64,000 nt of DNA from Octopus vulgaris (lineage: Eukaryota): positions 45,136,001 through 45,200,000 of the forward strand of contig OX597827.1 of the NCBI GenBank assembly GCA_951406725.2, written 5' to 3'. The notes below the pieces were generated by a model that saw only the letters and a list, made by a program, of their open reading frames with translations, searched no databases and was not told the origin of the DNA. Positions 27,162-42,829 of the stretch are shown one piece after another; within the stretch, counting starts at the first letter, position 1, and each line of letters starts with the position of its first letter. Both the position numbers and the translations under genes were made by a program.

Positions 27162-27192
<31 letters not shown>

Positions 27193-27197
27193 CATGT

Positions 27198-27249
<52 letters not shown>

Positions 27250-27259
27250 CCATTCCGAA

Positions 27260-27300
<41 letters not shown>

Positions 27301-27334
27301 GTATACATATATATATATATATGATATCGAATAT

Positions 27335-27415
<81 letters not shown>

Positions 27416-27940
27416 GAAATAAGGCAGTGTGGCTGATATCGAATAACATACAATCTAATTGCAATGCTGATAAATATAATTTCCATTTAAAACTTAGCAT
27501 TTCCCACTCCTGTCTGAAAACCGTTTGGCATTCACCAATCTCCCAAAGAGATTTTATTTGTTTTATTAATTTGAATGCGACCATGCTGGGGCACTACTTT
27601 AAAGGGTTTCGTTTAAGATTCCAGTACTTATTTTATTTTAAGCCTGGTACTCACGCTTTTTGTGGGGACGTAAACAAAAGAAGATCGGTTGTCAAGTGGT
27701 GTTGGGGGACAAGCACAGTACTAAGGCGCGTACATGCGTACAAACATACACACACACACATGGACGCAGCACCAGTCTCTATAATTTCTTATGGGGGTGG
27801 CGCCTAACACCATAAAAAGTACTGGAGAAAAAAAATCACCAAACAAAAATACAAATCCAGCATTCAGAGAAATGAAACAAAGTCTTTCATTCTAAGGGAG
27901 AGAACTCTGACGGAAAGCAAATTCTCACCCGCACTTTTTA

Positions 27941-29253
27941 TTGGGTTGGCAACTAAGTTCTCACCGTTTGTATTTTTTTAATTTTAAAGTTTTTAAAAGG
28001 TTCAATAAAAAAGAAATAACAATTAATCAATCAATAATGTATTCATCTTTGTTGTTTACAACTTCTTCCCAACGTTCAACAAGATTTTCAATATCTCGTT
28101 GGTAGAAATCACCCGATTTCGACTCGAAAAATTGATCCAGCCAAGCTCTCAATTCTGCATCAGTATTGAACAAAACATCGCACATAGCATTTGAAAGAGA
28201 TCGAAAGAGGTGGAAATATGTTAGTGCCAAATCAGGTGAGTATGGCGGGTGTGGCAGCACTTCCCAGCCATGCATTTGAATGGCTTCCTTGGTCATACTG
28301 GTGATATGAGGGCGGGCATTGTCATGCAGCAGAAGAACTCCATGCTGCCGATTAGGTCTTTTCTCTTGAATAGCCGTCTTGAGTCGTTCCATCTGTTGAA
28401 CATAGAGTTCCGGGTTGACCGTTTGGTTCCGTTCAAGCAATTCGTAATGGATAATCCATTCCCAGCCCCACCGTACACACAACATCGTTTTACGCGGATG
28501 AAGATCTTGTTTCATGCGCTGTGTTGCTTATTTACCGGGGCTAAGCCATTCCTTACGCTGCTTCATATTGATGTACAGGCACCATTTTTCGTCACCAGTA
28601 ACGGTTCGGTAAAGAAATCGTTGCTTGTGTCCATGAGTTGAGCGGTGACGAGCAAGCAAACCAGCGGAGATTGCGGCTCGTTGATTTTTGTTGTTGTTAC
28701 TTAAAGCATGCGGAACCCATGCTCCATACTTCTGAGCTTTTCCCATCGAATGAAGATGCTTCTCTATAACAGTGTAGGAGCATTCCGTTTTCTCTGCCAG
28801 TTCCCTTGTCGGTTGACGAGAATTTTCGTGTAAAAGTTGATTTAATCGCTCTTCATCGAACTCAACTGGACGGCCGGAACGAGGTGCGTCTTTGAGGTCA
28901 AAATTTCCATTTTGAATTTGGCATACCAATCCCGAGCGGTTCTTTCAGCTATGGCACCTTCTCCATACACAGCACAAATGTCGGAAGCAGCTTTTGCGGC
29001 TTTAGAACCTTGATTAAAAGCAAAAAGAAGGTGGTGTCGAAAATGCTCGTTTTTCTTAACTTGACATTCCATTTTAATGATATGAAAATAAACAAAAATT
29101 AACTAAAATTAACTAGAAAAAAATAAACAACAAAATAGATTCCAAAATGATTCAAAAATAGAATTCTCAGAAAAAAAAAAAAGATTTCAAAATTTAAAAA
29201 CGCAATAAATTCCAAAATTTAAAAAATCGACGGGAACTTAGTTGTCAACCCAA
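27941..29253 (-). mobile_element. Full-length mariner transposon (mellifera-like), transposase pseudogene 29072-28027
   Basis: TIRs ttgggttggcaactaagttc / gaacttagttgtcaacccaa with TA on both sides; WVPHAL, TGDEKW, HDNARPH, HPPYSPDLA motifs; one frameshift, one stop, third catalytic D replaced by Y. Confidence 0.95.
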
Positions 29254-29362
29254 TATATGATCTTCACTTTAGCATTATTCATCTTGTCTTTTTTTTTTCA
29301 CAAAAACAAGATTGAATAAACAGGATAAGACCAGAGAGAAGAGGAGACATGAAGAACAGAAC

Positions 29363-29405
29363 GTTATTGAAGAGGTCACAGAATATGTGACGAAAGAACT
29401 CTGAC
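29363..29405 (+). ncRNA. Degenerate hammerhead motif (core UUGAAGA)
   Basis: GUUA-UUGAAGA-G-GUCACA(GAAUA)UGUGAC-GAAA-GAAC-UC^UGAC followed by AATAAA; one core substitution. Confidence 0.5.
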
Positions 29406-30044
29406 AAATAAACTAATAATAGCAATAAGCTGAAGGATGTTCAAAATGTCTCTCCGCAGTAAGTATTTTATTGCAAAATAAATATTCATAAGATGGTATA
29501 AGATTACAAAAGAATATATTAGACTTTACAAGTCTATAAAGTTTTTTAAAGACTTTAGAAGACTTTAAAAAACTTTATACGAGGTGTTGTTGAAAGAATA
29601 TGCATTACTAATTTCACTTTTAGTGTGTTGCCCTACAAATGGATAGACAATATTTGAGCAGTGAAAAAAAATTCACTGCGGAGAGACTTTTTGAACACCC
29701 TTTTGCCATATGACCAAATTTTTACTACTTTCGCAAAGGCATATGGATAAGAATAAAATACTTCGAATTAGAGGTTGGAATTGAATGACGAAAATACGAT
29801 TAGGGCTAATCTTTGGTTTCAGATGCGGAAATTATAATGTATTCACCAACCATAACAATACAGAACAAAACTTAAAGAAAACGAACGAAGCAAACAAAGC
29901 AAACCTTTGTTTGCGCTCCTTAAGAAGCCATATTAATAGAATTTAAGGAAATTTAATGAAGTATAACATTTAATAATTAAATATATCACATGGTGATATA
30001 TTTCTTTCTTTCTTTCTTTCTCTCTTTCTGTCTCTCTGCTTATA

Positions 30045-30104
<60 letters not shown>

Positions 30105-30957
30105 AGTGTTTGTGCTCTTTTTTTCCTCCACCAACGCATAGCAACCGGTGTTGTTTGTTTACGTCCTCCTAACCAAGTGGTTCGGCCTAGGAGAGCAATA
30201 CAATAAGAATCAGGTTTATAAGTAAATAACGGGATCTTCGAAGCAGTGCCCCAGCGTGGCCGCAGTCAAATGTATGAGACAAATAAAAGATATCAAACCA
30301 GCATAAAGTTTGACATGGGAGATAACTTATACATGTTTTATGATAAATGAGCTATAATAGTCAAAAACAAAAGGTAAATTTTGTTAACTGTGTTAAAATA
30401 AAGGCCTCAGTTTTGCGAGTTTTGTGATTGACGTTATAAAACTTGGTCAAAAGACTAATTTAAAAACTTGTACAAAATGGAAAAAGTATAATTTTCATAT
30501 CAGAAGATCGCTGAGAAATGAGTGGAGTATACTTCAGTTTCAATGAGAGGAAAATAAATAAAACAGGAACGAAGCAAAGTAATAAAAATTAGAATGGAAG
30601 TCCAGAAGATATTCGTTCAATATTTAAAAAGAAATTTTCAAAAATTAAAGCAATGAAATACATTAATTTAGTGTAGAAGACAAGAAAATGTAGGGCATAA
30701 CGCGCTGGAAATTAGGGCAAATCAAATGTATGGAGAGTGGATGTGTAATGGGAAGTAACTGGGAAAGAAATCGAGAGATTTAAGAGATTGTGTTGAAAAA
30801 TATGTAAAAAGTCTAGAAAAATACACATAAAATTACTTATGCATGTTTATATACAAACGAATATGTGTACATCTTCATTTGAATATAACCATATATCGAT
30901 ATAAATTACAAAAAATATACGTGTGTGTGTGTGTGTGTGAGTGTGTGTGTGTGTGTG

Positions 30958-31075
<118 letters not shown>

Positions 31076-31134
31076 GTCTGTCCGTCTGTCTGTCTATCTA
31101 TCTATCTATCTATCTGTCTGTCCGTCTGTCTGTC

Positions 31135-31181
<47 letters not shown>

Positions 31182-31207
31182 GTCTGTCTATCTGTCTGTC
31201 TATCTGT

Positions 31208-31248
<41 letters not shown>

Positions 31249-31267
31249 TGCCTGTCTGTCTGCCTGC

Positions 31268-31340
<73 letters not shown>

Positions 31341-31411
31341 ACACAAACACGTGGTGTGTAGTGTATCTGTCTGTCTCTCTCACATATATACATACATACA
31401 TACATACATAC

Positions 31412-31461
<50 letters not shown>

Positions 31462-31921
31462 GCCCATTTGCATGTGGGCGTTTGTGTTTGTGTGCTGTAA
31501 ATGAACGTTTTATATAAAATCAACAAAAAACAAAAACAAAAACAAAAAAAAACAAAACCAAATTGCAGACTACGATAACAAGTATTCATCAATGAAACCA
31601 GTTACAAAAACCCCACCAAAGACCTTCAAATGACGTTCAAACTTTGACGTGTCTCAGTTTCATAGGATCAGATTACTTGAAGATCTTTTAAATTTGAACG
31701 TAATGACTTTCCATTGAATGATGAGGTAGCAGGGTGAAGGTGGGTTATAGCCATCGCTTACAATTGCTCTACATACATACATACGTACGTACATACATAC
31801 ATACATACATACATACATACATACATACATACATACATTCATTCATACATACATACATACAAACATATATACATACATACATACATTCATACATACGTAC
31901 ATACATACATACATACATACA

Positions 31922-31953
<32 letters not shown>

Positions 31954-32094
31954 CATACAAGTATATATGGGCATGTATAGATATGCAGGTAAATGCATGA
32001 AAAGACATACATAAAACAAACATACAAATCTTCACATATACTCTATTGGCAAGAAATCTTGAAATAAAACTGAATAATAACATACATATGTATT

Positions 32095-32177
<83 letters not shown>

Positions 32178-32179
32178 GT

Positions 32180-32476
32180 GGAGGCGCAATGACCCATTTG
32201 TTAAGGCAACGGACTCGCGGTCGTAGGATCGCGGTTTCGATTCCCAGACCGGGCGTTGTGAGTGTTTATTGAGCGAAAACACCTAAAAGCTCCACGAGGC
32301 TCCGGCAGGGGGTGGTGATCCCTGCTGTACTCTTTCACCACTCTTTCTCACACTCTTTCCTCTGTTGGCCTGCTCGCTTAGCCAGCGGGGTGGCGTCATT
32401 CGAAGGCTAAAACAATGCGAACGCATTGTGACCAGCGATGTGTAACTACATCTGATGGACTGGTCGGTCACGTGAT
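32180..32476 (+). mobile_element. SINE family C head with a variant tail
   Basis: Head matches 7281. Confidence 0.8.
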
Positions 32477-32601
32477 ATACACATATATACATACAGATGC
32501 ATAATACATACATGCATATGTGATAACCACAATGTACGAACATGCACATGCAGACACATCTATACGCATATTTATGCACATGTGAACATTTCTCTTTCTC
32601 A

Positions 32602-32662
<61 letters not shown>

Positions 32663-33487
32663 TCTCTCTATCTCTGTCCCTCTCTCCACACACACAAATT
32701 CAAATGTGAATTAAAGCAGCGCTTGTGTCGTAAACACTACCGAACACATACTCAATGTAAGCCACAACCCCGTTCGCCGTCGCTGAGAAGTAGCGTGGCG
32801 GAATTGACTCTCTCAAACCGCCGGGTGTTAAAAGTCATAGACAGGCGAGACAACTCATCCTACATCCCATTCAAGAGCGATGAACAGCGATGTTTGAATT
32901 TTTTCCTAAGTATACATCGTCGAGGCATAGAAGCAGACGCTTCGTACTTTATTTTGCATATAGCCATGTAATGGTAATTCCGTTCACCTCCACTTCCGTT
33001 CACCTTCACTTCCATTTCACCTCCACTTCCGTTCAGTTACGTGGTGTTGATAAGCAACAAAAATGGTTAGTGTTAATATTTTTGTGATATATTTTAACTT
33101 CTAAAAGTTATTTCACTGTTGCTTGCCGTGGAGAAAGCGGGAAAAGAAATGCTTAGCGGTATTTCATCTGCCTTTACGTTCTAAGTTCAAATTCCGCCGA
33201 GCTCAACTTTGTCTTTCATCTTTTCAGGGTCGATAAATTAGGTACCAGTTGCGTACTAGGGTCGATCTAATCGATTGGCCCCTCCCCCAAAATTTCGGGC
33301 CTTCTACCTAGTGTAGAAAATGATATACTTACGTCAATTGTCTCAAATATAAATTTGTTTCATCATCCTTATTTCCTTTCAACTAAAGTATTTGATTGTT
33401 GTGTACAATGCTTTGTAAAAGATATTGTTACAGCAACGCTAAAGCAGATATCTTCACAAGGCGGCGAGCTAGCAGAAACGTTATGTC

Positions 33488-34533
33488 ATGGAAGACAAGG
33501 ACGTTCCCGAGGATACTTCCTTGGAAGATTTCCTGCAAAAGGGTGATGTCAACCCGCAAGAATACCAGGGTGTGGTGAAACTAGTGAAATCGGGGAAACA
33601 GGTGGTGTTGAAGCGTCAACCTTCAGAAAGGTGGATCAACCAGTATAATCCTGGCTCAAAACCTGGCGTGCCAACATGGGCCTGCAGTTCATCATGGACC
33701 CATACTCGTGCATGAAAAGTGAGAGGGCTATGAGTGAACTGCTGAAAAAAGTAGTTGGAGAAAGCAGAGGCGAAGACTTGAAATCAAAACTGAGAAAAGT
33801 AGGATCAGCTTTTCTGAACAACAGGGAAGTTAGTGCTCAGGAAGTTGCCTACAGGATCCTCTCCCTGCCACTGAAGAGGGCCAGTCGGAAAGTGGTGTTT
33901 ATCAACACTGCACCAAACGACAAACGCGTGTCCATGCTTAAGCTGCAGAAAATCTTCCAAGGTATGGACGAAGACGATGAAGATATCTTTTGTATGTCAC
34001 CTCTTGACCGTTATGCCATGCGATCGAAGATATGTGCTTTGCAGAATTTGCAGCCACTTATACAATTGAAGGAAAAGATGCTCCTGATGATGCAGCTGAC
34101 CACATCCCTGATGTTTTACACGGATGTGATGACATCGAAGGTGGTGGCAATAACTCAGATACCGAAGAAATTGCAGACAAACTCCCAAAAGTTATCACTC
34201 TAAAAAACAGCTTGGGTTGCATGAAAAAACAAAAGACGAAGACAGGTAGTGTATAAAACAAACAGATGTATTAGTATAACGCTTAGGAATAGAAAAAGTT
34301 TTTTACGTTTTCCACAAAGAAAAGAAGGAGAAGGCAGATACAGGAACCAGTTGATGCTTTACTATCCATGGCGAGACGAAGAGATTGATTTGAAAGCTGA
34401 CAATCCATCCTACCAAGAACACGACGAAAGCGTCGAAGCTACTGTCCATTCAAACGAAGCCATGTTCAGTATTAACGCTGCTGAATTGGACAGAGCCTAT
34501 GATGAGGAGAGAAGAGAAGCTAAGCGAAACTAA
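33488..34533 (+). mobile_element. Helitron/Helentron Rep-helicase fragment
   Basis: VVLKRQPSERWINQYNP, NMGLQFIMDPYSC, REVSAQEVAYRILSLPL, CFAEFAATY, LMLYYPWRDE across frameshifted ORFs. Confidence 0.85.
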
Positions 34534-35849
34534 GCTAAGCCAAGCTTAGCCAAGCGAAGCCAAGTCAAGCCATGCTCGCAGTCTTTTTAAAAAATTGGGA
34601 ACCCTCTCGCACCCTAAGCTAAAATCGCACCCCTAGATCAACTAGGCAGTTTTGAAAGGGAAAATAATGTAGGAGTTCTATTGGACTTTTAATATTAAAA
34701 AAAATATAAATTCAAGTTAAATTAACCAAGTGAAGCGATATCAGTTTCCCGTTTGTTTCATTTCCCTTTAAATTTATCAATTTATCTTATATTATATGGC
34801 TTTGTGGTGAGTGTAGATGCTAAACTCCCTTGTTCGAAAATATAAGGTCACGATGTTTCTTGGAGCTAAATAACAATAACATTCGTCCTAACCAGGACTG
34901 CCACATTATGTTGGCGAATAATCTTTAGTCAGTTGTGTGAATACACTCTAAGATACTTTTACAACTAGGTGTAATAAACTAATCTGTTCCCTTAATGTTT
35001 AAAAAGATCATTCTAAATTTAAACGATACCAGAGTTATAGACATATCAAATTTCGCCACCACCCCCAATGTCCATTACTTCGATATTTCATCTTCCCCCA
35101 CCAAAAGTATACTTTGAAAACGTATATCTAATACATGCATCTTCGGTTCGCTTCACCTAACTGTGTGGGAAGCACTTAGAATAAAGCTGTATAGGATCGT
35201 CAAACTTTAAATTTTAATGTGTTGCAATTGATTTAACATAGATCAATTAACTGCACGCATCTTCTGTATCAAAAGGCACAAAGGCTCTTATACAACAGAA
35301 ACACGTGTCGGAATGGATATGAAGAAAGTACTTCAAAAAAATAAATGAGGTTTAAATTCCATTGTGTTCTTTTTTTTATACTTACGCCGCATCTAGAACC
35401 AGCCATGAGTTGGATCTACGGCTTAAATTGGATTAGCTACTTCCATATCTACAGTATACTGCCAACACCTGATATCACCTCATAGTGAACCTATGTTATT
35501 GCACCTAGCCATCTCTGGCGCACTACGTGTTGATGTTCCTAGATTCTATTGAATCGTACAACTAAGCATCTATGTGTGTGTGTGTGTGTGCGTGTATTCA
35601 AAGTTGTGAGATGTTTAAGTAATCTAATCGAATTCAAGTGAGACACACATCAAAGACTGATTGCCAGAGTTTTTTACTGACTTCATTTGATGAATCATTT
35701 GTGTTGTATTTTGTAATGTTTTTGTTTCTATCATTTAATAACATTAACTAACTCAAAGAGACGCATACATTAACGTATACAGTCACTGTTTATCTCGTAT
35801 AAATTAAGACACACTTATAGGATACACACGGTCTTACACACACTCTCAG

Positions 35850-35919
<70 letters not shown>

Positions 35920-36013
35920 CATGTATATACATATAGATATATACATATATATATACACACATATATATGTAATACACATATATATATATACATAGATATA
36001 TACATATATATAC

Positions 36014-36050
<37 letters not shown>

Positions 36051-36275
36051 CATATATATAAATATACATATATACATATATACATATACATATATACATA
36101 TAAATATACATATATATATGCATTTATATATACATATATATACATATAATATATATAACACACATATATATATATATATACATATATATATACATATACA
36201 TACATATATACGTATATATACATACATATATATATATACACACATACATATATATATACATATATATATACATAC

Positions 36276-36321
<46 letters not shown>

Positions 36322-36426
36322 GTACATATATATATACATATATATATATACACTCACTCACACACACACATATATATATACACATATATTTACATATATA
36401 TATACATATAGATATATATACACATA

Positions 36427-36462
<36 letters not shown>

Positions 36463-36629
36463 CATATACATATATATACATATATACATTTACATATATA
36501 TACATACACATATATATATATATATGTACATATATATATATATATACACACACACACATATATATATATATACATATATTTACATATATATATACATATA
36601 GATATATATATACACATATGTATATATAC

Positions 36630-36677
<48 letters not shown>

Positions 36678-36830
36678 ACATATATATACATATATACATT
36701 TACATATATATACATACACATATATATATATATACATATATATACATATATATATACATATATACATACACATATATACATATATACATGCATGTATATA
36801 CATGCATACACATACACACTCATATATGAG
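35850..36830. repeat. Compound (TA/CA) microsatellite of about 1 kb
   Basis: Direct reading. Confidence 0.95.
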
Positions 36831-37557
36831 CACTAATTTGTAGATCACGTTACATATTTTTGTGGGTTTGTGTGTGTGATATGTGGCATCGGCATGTGTG
36901 TGCGTGTGCGCATTGCGTCAACGCATATCTGTACAAGTATACTTTTTGCTAACATACGTTGCTTTCCACTTTCCAATTGCTTTTTTGTGTAATATCTGAT
37001 ATTCTCAAATATACGCCTATACATACACAGAAATACACACACACACACATATATGTATATGTATATATGTATATATATATGTATGTTTGTATATATATAT
37101 ATGTATGTTTTTTTTTTGTTCTTGTTTTCGTATACATTTGCTTGATTTCTTCCAAAGAATCTAGTGCTCTTAGCTTAGATTTTCTCGGGGCCGACCAGAT
37201 TGGAGAAGTCTCGAGTGTAACCGGCTGAAACTGAAGAGGTGATCTGGAACTCGACTGACGATAGAAGGCTCCGAATGACCGAATGACCCGTCCTTGTTTT
37301 TTCTGTCCTTTGTATAACCTAGCTGTCTGGATGTTTTGTTGTCGCCTGTTAAGTTCTTGTTCCATTTTTTGTTTATACATATATTTATACACACAAATTC
37401 GCAATATTTGTTGATTAGGAATGCAACCAATAATTTCATGTAAAGAGATTACTACAATTGTTCAAGCGAAGCACATGGAAATGTATTGGTACCAGTCCCC
37501 GGAGACGTGGTAAATAATTGGTAAGATTTCCCTCACATGAACTCATTGGTTGCCATG

Positions 37558-37627
<70 letters not shown>

Positions 37628-37628
37628 G

Positions 37629-37706
<78 letters not shown>

Positions 37707-37729
37707 TTCATACATGTATCTGTCATCGT

Positions 37730-38287
37730 CGTCGGCGTCTTATCGAGTGTCCGATAATTTGGCTTCTTCTAGACCACTTCTTCCCTTCTGTCCGTGTTTA
37801 TGCCTCTGATGACTAATGAAGCCGATTCTTGCATGGAAGCGTCTGTTTCAAAGTTCATAAGGGATCCGTGGCGAAGTCTTTGGTTGTTGCCGCCTCCATT
37901 TTCTTTCTTGTCGTTTCTCTTCTTCTTTCATCTATCGTTCTGCTTCAAAATGATCTGTCACAGTGGAAATGGAATGATGCCAGCCAGACCTGATCTGAGC
38001 TTCAATATCCTAGACTTCGGGATCGATTCCAGTCAGTTTTAGGCTTTGCTTCAGCTGGTCCTTGTATCGATGGAGGGGACAACCACGGAGTCTTCTTCTG
38101 GTGGAAAGTTCACCAGGCGCAGGAGTGGCTGTGTGGTAAGTAGCTTGCTAACCAACCACATGGTTCCGGGTTCAGTCTTCACTGCGTGGCATCTTGGGCA
38201 AGTGTCTTCTGCTATAGCCTCGGGCCGACCAATGCCTTGTGAGTGGATTTGGTAGACGGAAACTGAAAGAAGCCTGTCGTATGTATG

Positions 38288-38318
<31 letters not shown>

Positions 38319-39310
38319 ATGTCCCCCTAGCATTGCTTGACAACCGATGCTGGTGTGTTTACGTCCCCGTTACTTAGCGGTTCAGCAAAAGAGACTGATA
38401 GAATAAGTACTGGGCTTACAAAGAATAAGTCCCGGGGTCGATTTGCTCGACTAAAGGCGGTGCTCCAGCATGGCCACAGTCAAATGACTGAAACAAGTAA
38501 AAGAATAAAAGAAAGAAAATATAAAATTTGGCGAGGCAGCCTGGTCTCTTTCATTTTTGCTACGTGGCCTGGCCATCTCAGACGATGTTTTAGGATTGTT
38601 GCCTCGATTCTGCTGCTTTTCGTTCTCTTCAAATTGGAGATATCGGTCACATAGACATTTGATATTCATAATAGAGCGGAACTTCTGTTGGTTTTTTTTA
38701 CGTCACTTTGGTAAAGAGGCCAGGTTTCACAACCATAGAGGAAAGTGGAGATCACGACTGTTTGGTAGACACTCAATTTAGTTTAGTGATACAGATCTTT
38801 GTTCTTTAAGACCCTATTCGCAAGTCCACCAAACGCGATGTTAGCCACTCTTAATCGGTTCTTCACGCCCTTTTCCGATGTGCACTTGTTCGAAAGCAAT
38901 CTTCCTAAGTATGAAAAGTAGTCGACTTTCTCCAGTGGCGTCTCCAAGATGGTAATGTTAAGGTCTGGAGTGTCTTGACTTAGAACGGGTTGTGCCAGGA
39001 TTTTTATCTTTTTGATGTTGACTTTAAGGCCGAACCGAGTGTAAGCATTGGTGAAGTTATTCACCGATTGTTGAAGCTGTTCACAGGAATGGTAGAATGC
39101 TGCGTTCTCATCAGCAGACTGAAGTTCAATGATCTTTTGCTTACTGGTCAGTCTTCGTGACTTCAATATGGCTAGGTTGAAACATCCTCCGTCATATCGG
39201 TACTTAATGTTGACTCCTGGATTGTCCGAAGGCAGTTCATGAAACATTACTGCAAGGTACAGGGAGAAGAGCGTCGGGGCTAAAACGCATCCTTGTTTTA
39301 ATCCTCCCAC
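37730..39310 (-). mobile_element. 5'-truncated RTE-clade LINE (RT domain to 3' end), interrupted by a SINE at 38116-38510
   Basis: GLKQGCVLAPTLFSLY, SADE (decayed FADD), LKVNIKK, VDYFSYLG motifs. Confidence 0.88.
38116..38510 (+). mobile_element. SINE family A inserted into the RTE LINE
   Basis: Full copy. Confidence 0.9.
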
Positions 39311-40579
39311 GTAATATTGCGTTATAATAATATACTGGAGCTTAACGATAGATTAATAAACCTCTTCTTAATTTGTTGTGATATATTCTGTAGTACTTCA
39401 GCTTCAATTTCGTATATAAAAATTACTATTTTTTGGAAAGAATTCTAACTTGCAGTAACTGCAGGAAAAAAAAATGAAAAATGAAAGCATCTGTAAACAA
39501 AATCCTGTCCAGAAGGACCATTACAAAAAGACAGAAAGATACTGGTTTTGCTCCTAAACGATAGACTAGGGAACTTCTGTTAACCAAGAAATAATAACAG
39601 TAAAAAACCCATTAAGGACAGACCAGTTTTTAAACCTATGTATGGTAACTGTGATTTATTTTCGTTTCACGTAAACCTGTATAGTGACGAATGAAGAATT
39701 AAGCTTTGTTGTGAAACTCCAGATCATATGTTTTGTCGCACCTGAAGAGGCGACGTCTTGAGTGCATCTCAGTAGCTGTGAAACAAGAAGATAGAATTAT
39801 GGTACGGGGTATATGTTTACCCGAAGGTATTGGTGAGCTGATAGGGAGTAAACCAGTGATTTTTAACCTAGAAACTCCCTTGGTACATGTTTTACTCAGG
39901 TGGACCTTCAAAGCCATTCAGTGTTTGAAAATGTTATTAGAAATTGTATAAAAAAATTAAAATATTTTGTATATTGTAGTGGTATAACCAATTTATTGCA
40001 TATAAACTATAGCAACAAAATCTTATATGGACCCCGCTAAAGATCAGGTGTAAACAATCAAGTACTGTTTTAGAATATCTAAAAGTGTTAGAGAGGAGAT
40101 TTTTTAGTCTGCAAGATTATTCTCAGGAAAAATAAAAGCAAAGAAGTAATTTTTCAACAAAACAACGCATGGATTCATATTGCAATAGCGAAAAAGAGAA
40201 AAAAATGGTTAGAAGAAAACATCCTGAAAATTATGTTCTGATCAGAATAGAATAAAGACAGACACGAATTCCAAAGGGAATACTTGGGTATGCATTTGGC
40301 GCGAACTAGGTGGAAGAAACTTCGATAAACTTTGCGGAACATTGAGAAGGTGTAAAACATAAACGGGACAATATTCAAAATTCTTGGAGCAAACCACAAT
40401 ATGATAGTTTATCCTGAGCACGGGGTAACTTGAAGAAAACAAAGGAATATGTAATTCCGTATTAATTTACTGAAGTATTCTTCATGTTCCTTCCTTTCAC
40501 AGACTTTTAATATGTACTAAAGTAGTTATTACCAAAAAGATGCATAAAATTGCTCTGGTTTATTTTTTGTGTCCTGGAG

Positions 40580-40801
40580 TGGTGTACATATATTTGCATG
40601 TATGTATAAATGTGTGTATGTGTGTGTGTGAGTGTATGTGTATGTGAGTGTATGTGTGTGGGTATATATATATATATATGTATATATTTCGTTGCTATTA
40701 TGTTAAAATGCCGTATGTCCAAATTTGGCTCGCATTTAAATCTTGGGTGTATTAAATGATACATACATGCATAGACACACACACACATACACACACAGAC
40801 A

Positions 40802-40849
<48 letters not shown>

Positions 40850-40868
40850 ATATATGTGTACAGTATGC

Positions 40869-40900
<32 letters not shown>

Positions 40901-40911
40901 CTATACACACA

Positions 40912-40951
<40 letters not shown>

Positions 40952-41246
40952 ATAAATGTGTGTATTTGTGTGTACGCGTCTGTATATGTATATATCATAT
41001 GTATATCTCATATATATTTATATACATGCAGTATGCATATAGATACACGCATGCACACGCGCGTGCACACACACACACGTACACTCCCGCACCTCTGTAT
41101 GTAATTTAAATCGGCAATTACAGACTTTCAATATATTTCCTAGAATGTAAGAAATTAGAAGTTAATTGTGGCAATTATTCCAGCAGAAGAATACTTCGAT
41201 TTCTAATTATTGCTAAGACCACACACGCATCCGTACCACCTCTATT

Positions 41247-41304
<58 letters not shown>

Positions 41305-41570
41305 TATAACTCATGTGTATAGCAAGAAACATGTATATATAAATATATGCACGTATATAATTATATGCACGTATATGTTTGCATAGTTTTATGTTAGTTT
41401 CTATATGCACATACATGCACGTATATGTGCATATGCATATGCTTATGCGCAGTTGTACACATACACACAAACACGCGCGAACACAAACACATATATAACA
41501 AGAGAATCACAAAGCACAAATATATATACATATATATATGTATATATATATATACATATATATATATGTA

Positions 41571-41650
<80 letters not shown>

Positions 41651-41713
41651 TATATATGCATGTATATATATGTATATACATATATATCTATTTATCTATA
41701 TATATATATACAT

Positions 41714-41744
<31 letters not shown>

Positions 41745-41894
41745 TTGTTTACAATTATATATATGTATATACATACATAATATTTAAATACATACGTATT
41801 TAAATACACACACACTCACACACACATGCGTTGTTTATATTCAAGCCTGCGTAAATATACATACATCTATGTCTGTCTGTCTGTCTGTCTGTCG

Positions 41895-41943
<49 letters not shown>

Positions 41944-42100
41944 CCTTTTTTTCTACCTATCTCTATGTATACATGTATATCTACATGCAACAGATATTTA
42001 AATATATATATATATATACACATATATACATACATAGACACATACACAAACACATAAATATATATACATACATATATATATATATGTACATATATATATG

Positions 42101-42178
<78 letters not shown>

Positions 42179-42230
42179 ACATATATATATATATGTATAC
42201 ATATATATATATACACATATATGTATAAAT
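40580..42230. repeat. Compound microsatellite tract
   Basis: Direct reading. Confidence 0.9.
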
Positions 42231-42829
42231 CATTATGTGAATGCTTAAGATGTATAAATGTCACATCACAATTTTAATATATTATCTAGTTGGAGCATCA
42301 TGCAAATGAGCAGGAAATGAGTGTGTTGTGTTTATCTACCCCACCCAGCTCCTCCTGTCCACCCTCCTCCACCTCCCTACTTACTCCATTATCCCCTCTC
42401 TCCTATCCAACAACCTCCCCGCACCCATGATGTCAATAATAAATAACCTTATCATGTTTTGATGTTTTCCTAATAATCTTCTGAATATATATTTTCTTTG
42501 ATCGCTGTTGTTGTTGTTATTTTAGATGTTCTTGTTATTTATTCATGTCCAATCCAGTTTTGGTTTATATTTTTCTTATTAAATCATTTACGTCCTTTTT
42601 TTTTTATTAATATTGTTGCTGCTGTTTTTTCTGTTGTTGTTTTGTTTGTGTATTGCTGTCGTTTCATTAATGATGTGCAGAGATGTTGGTAAATATTTAT
42701 CGTAGAAACTTTGTTAACATCCAATAATGATATTGTAGGATGGTTGACGAGATCAAACCCAGCAGGATGTTTGTCCGTTTCAGTAATGAAATGATTGTAT
42801 AAGCCTGATTCTGACGTACTGTTTGACAA

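Noticed and set aside
35297-35309. AGAAACACGTGTC identical to the 3' half of the 52114 hammerhead
   Set aside because: No intact CUGANGA or helix II upstream; at best a dead remnant
39718-39766. Minus-strand hammerhead-like CUCAAGA-C-GUCGC..GCGAC-A-AAA-CAUAUG
   Set aside because: Lesions in both core strands; suggestive (C.A again) but not callable
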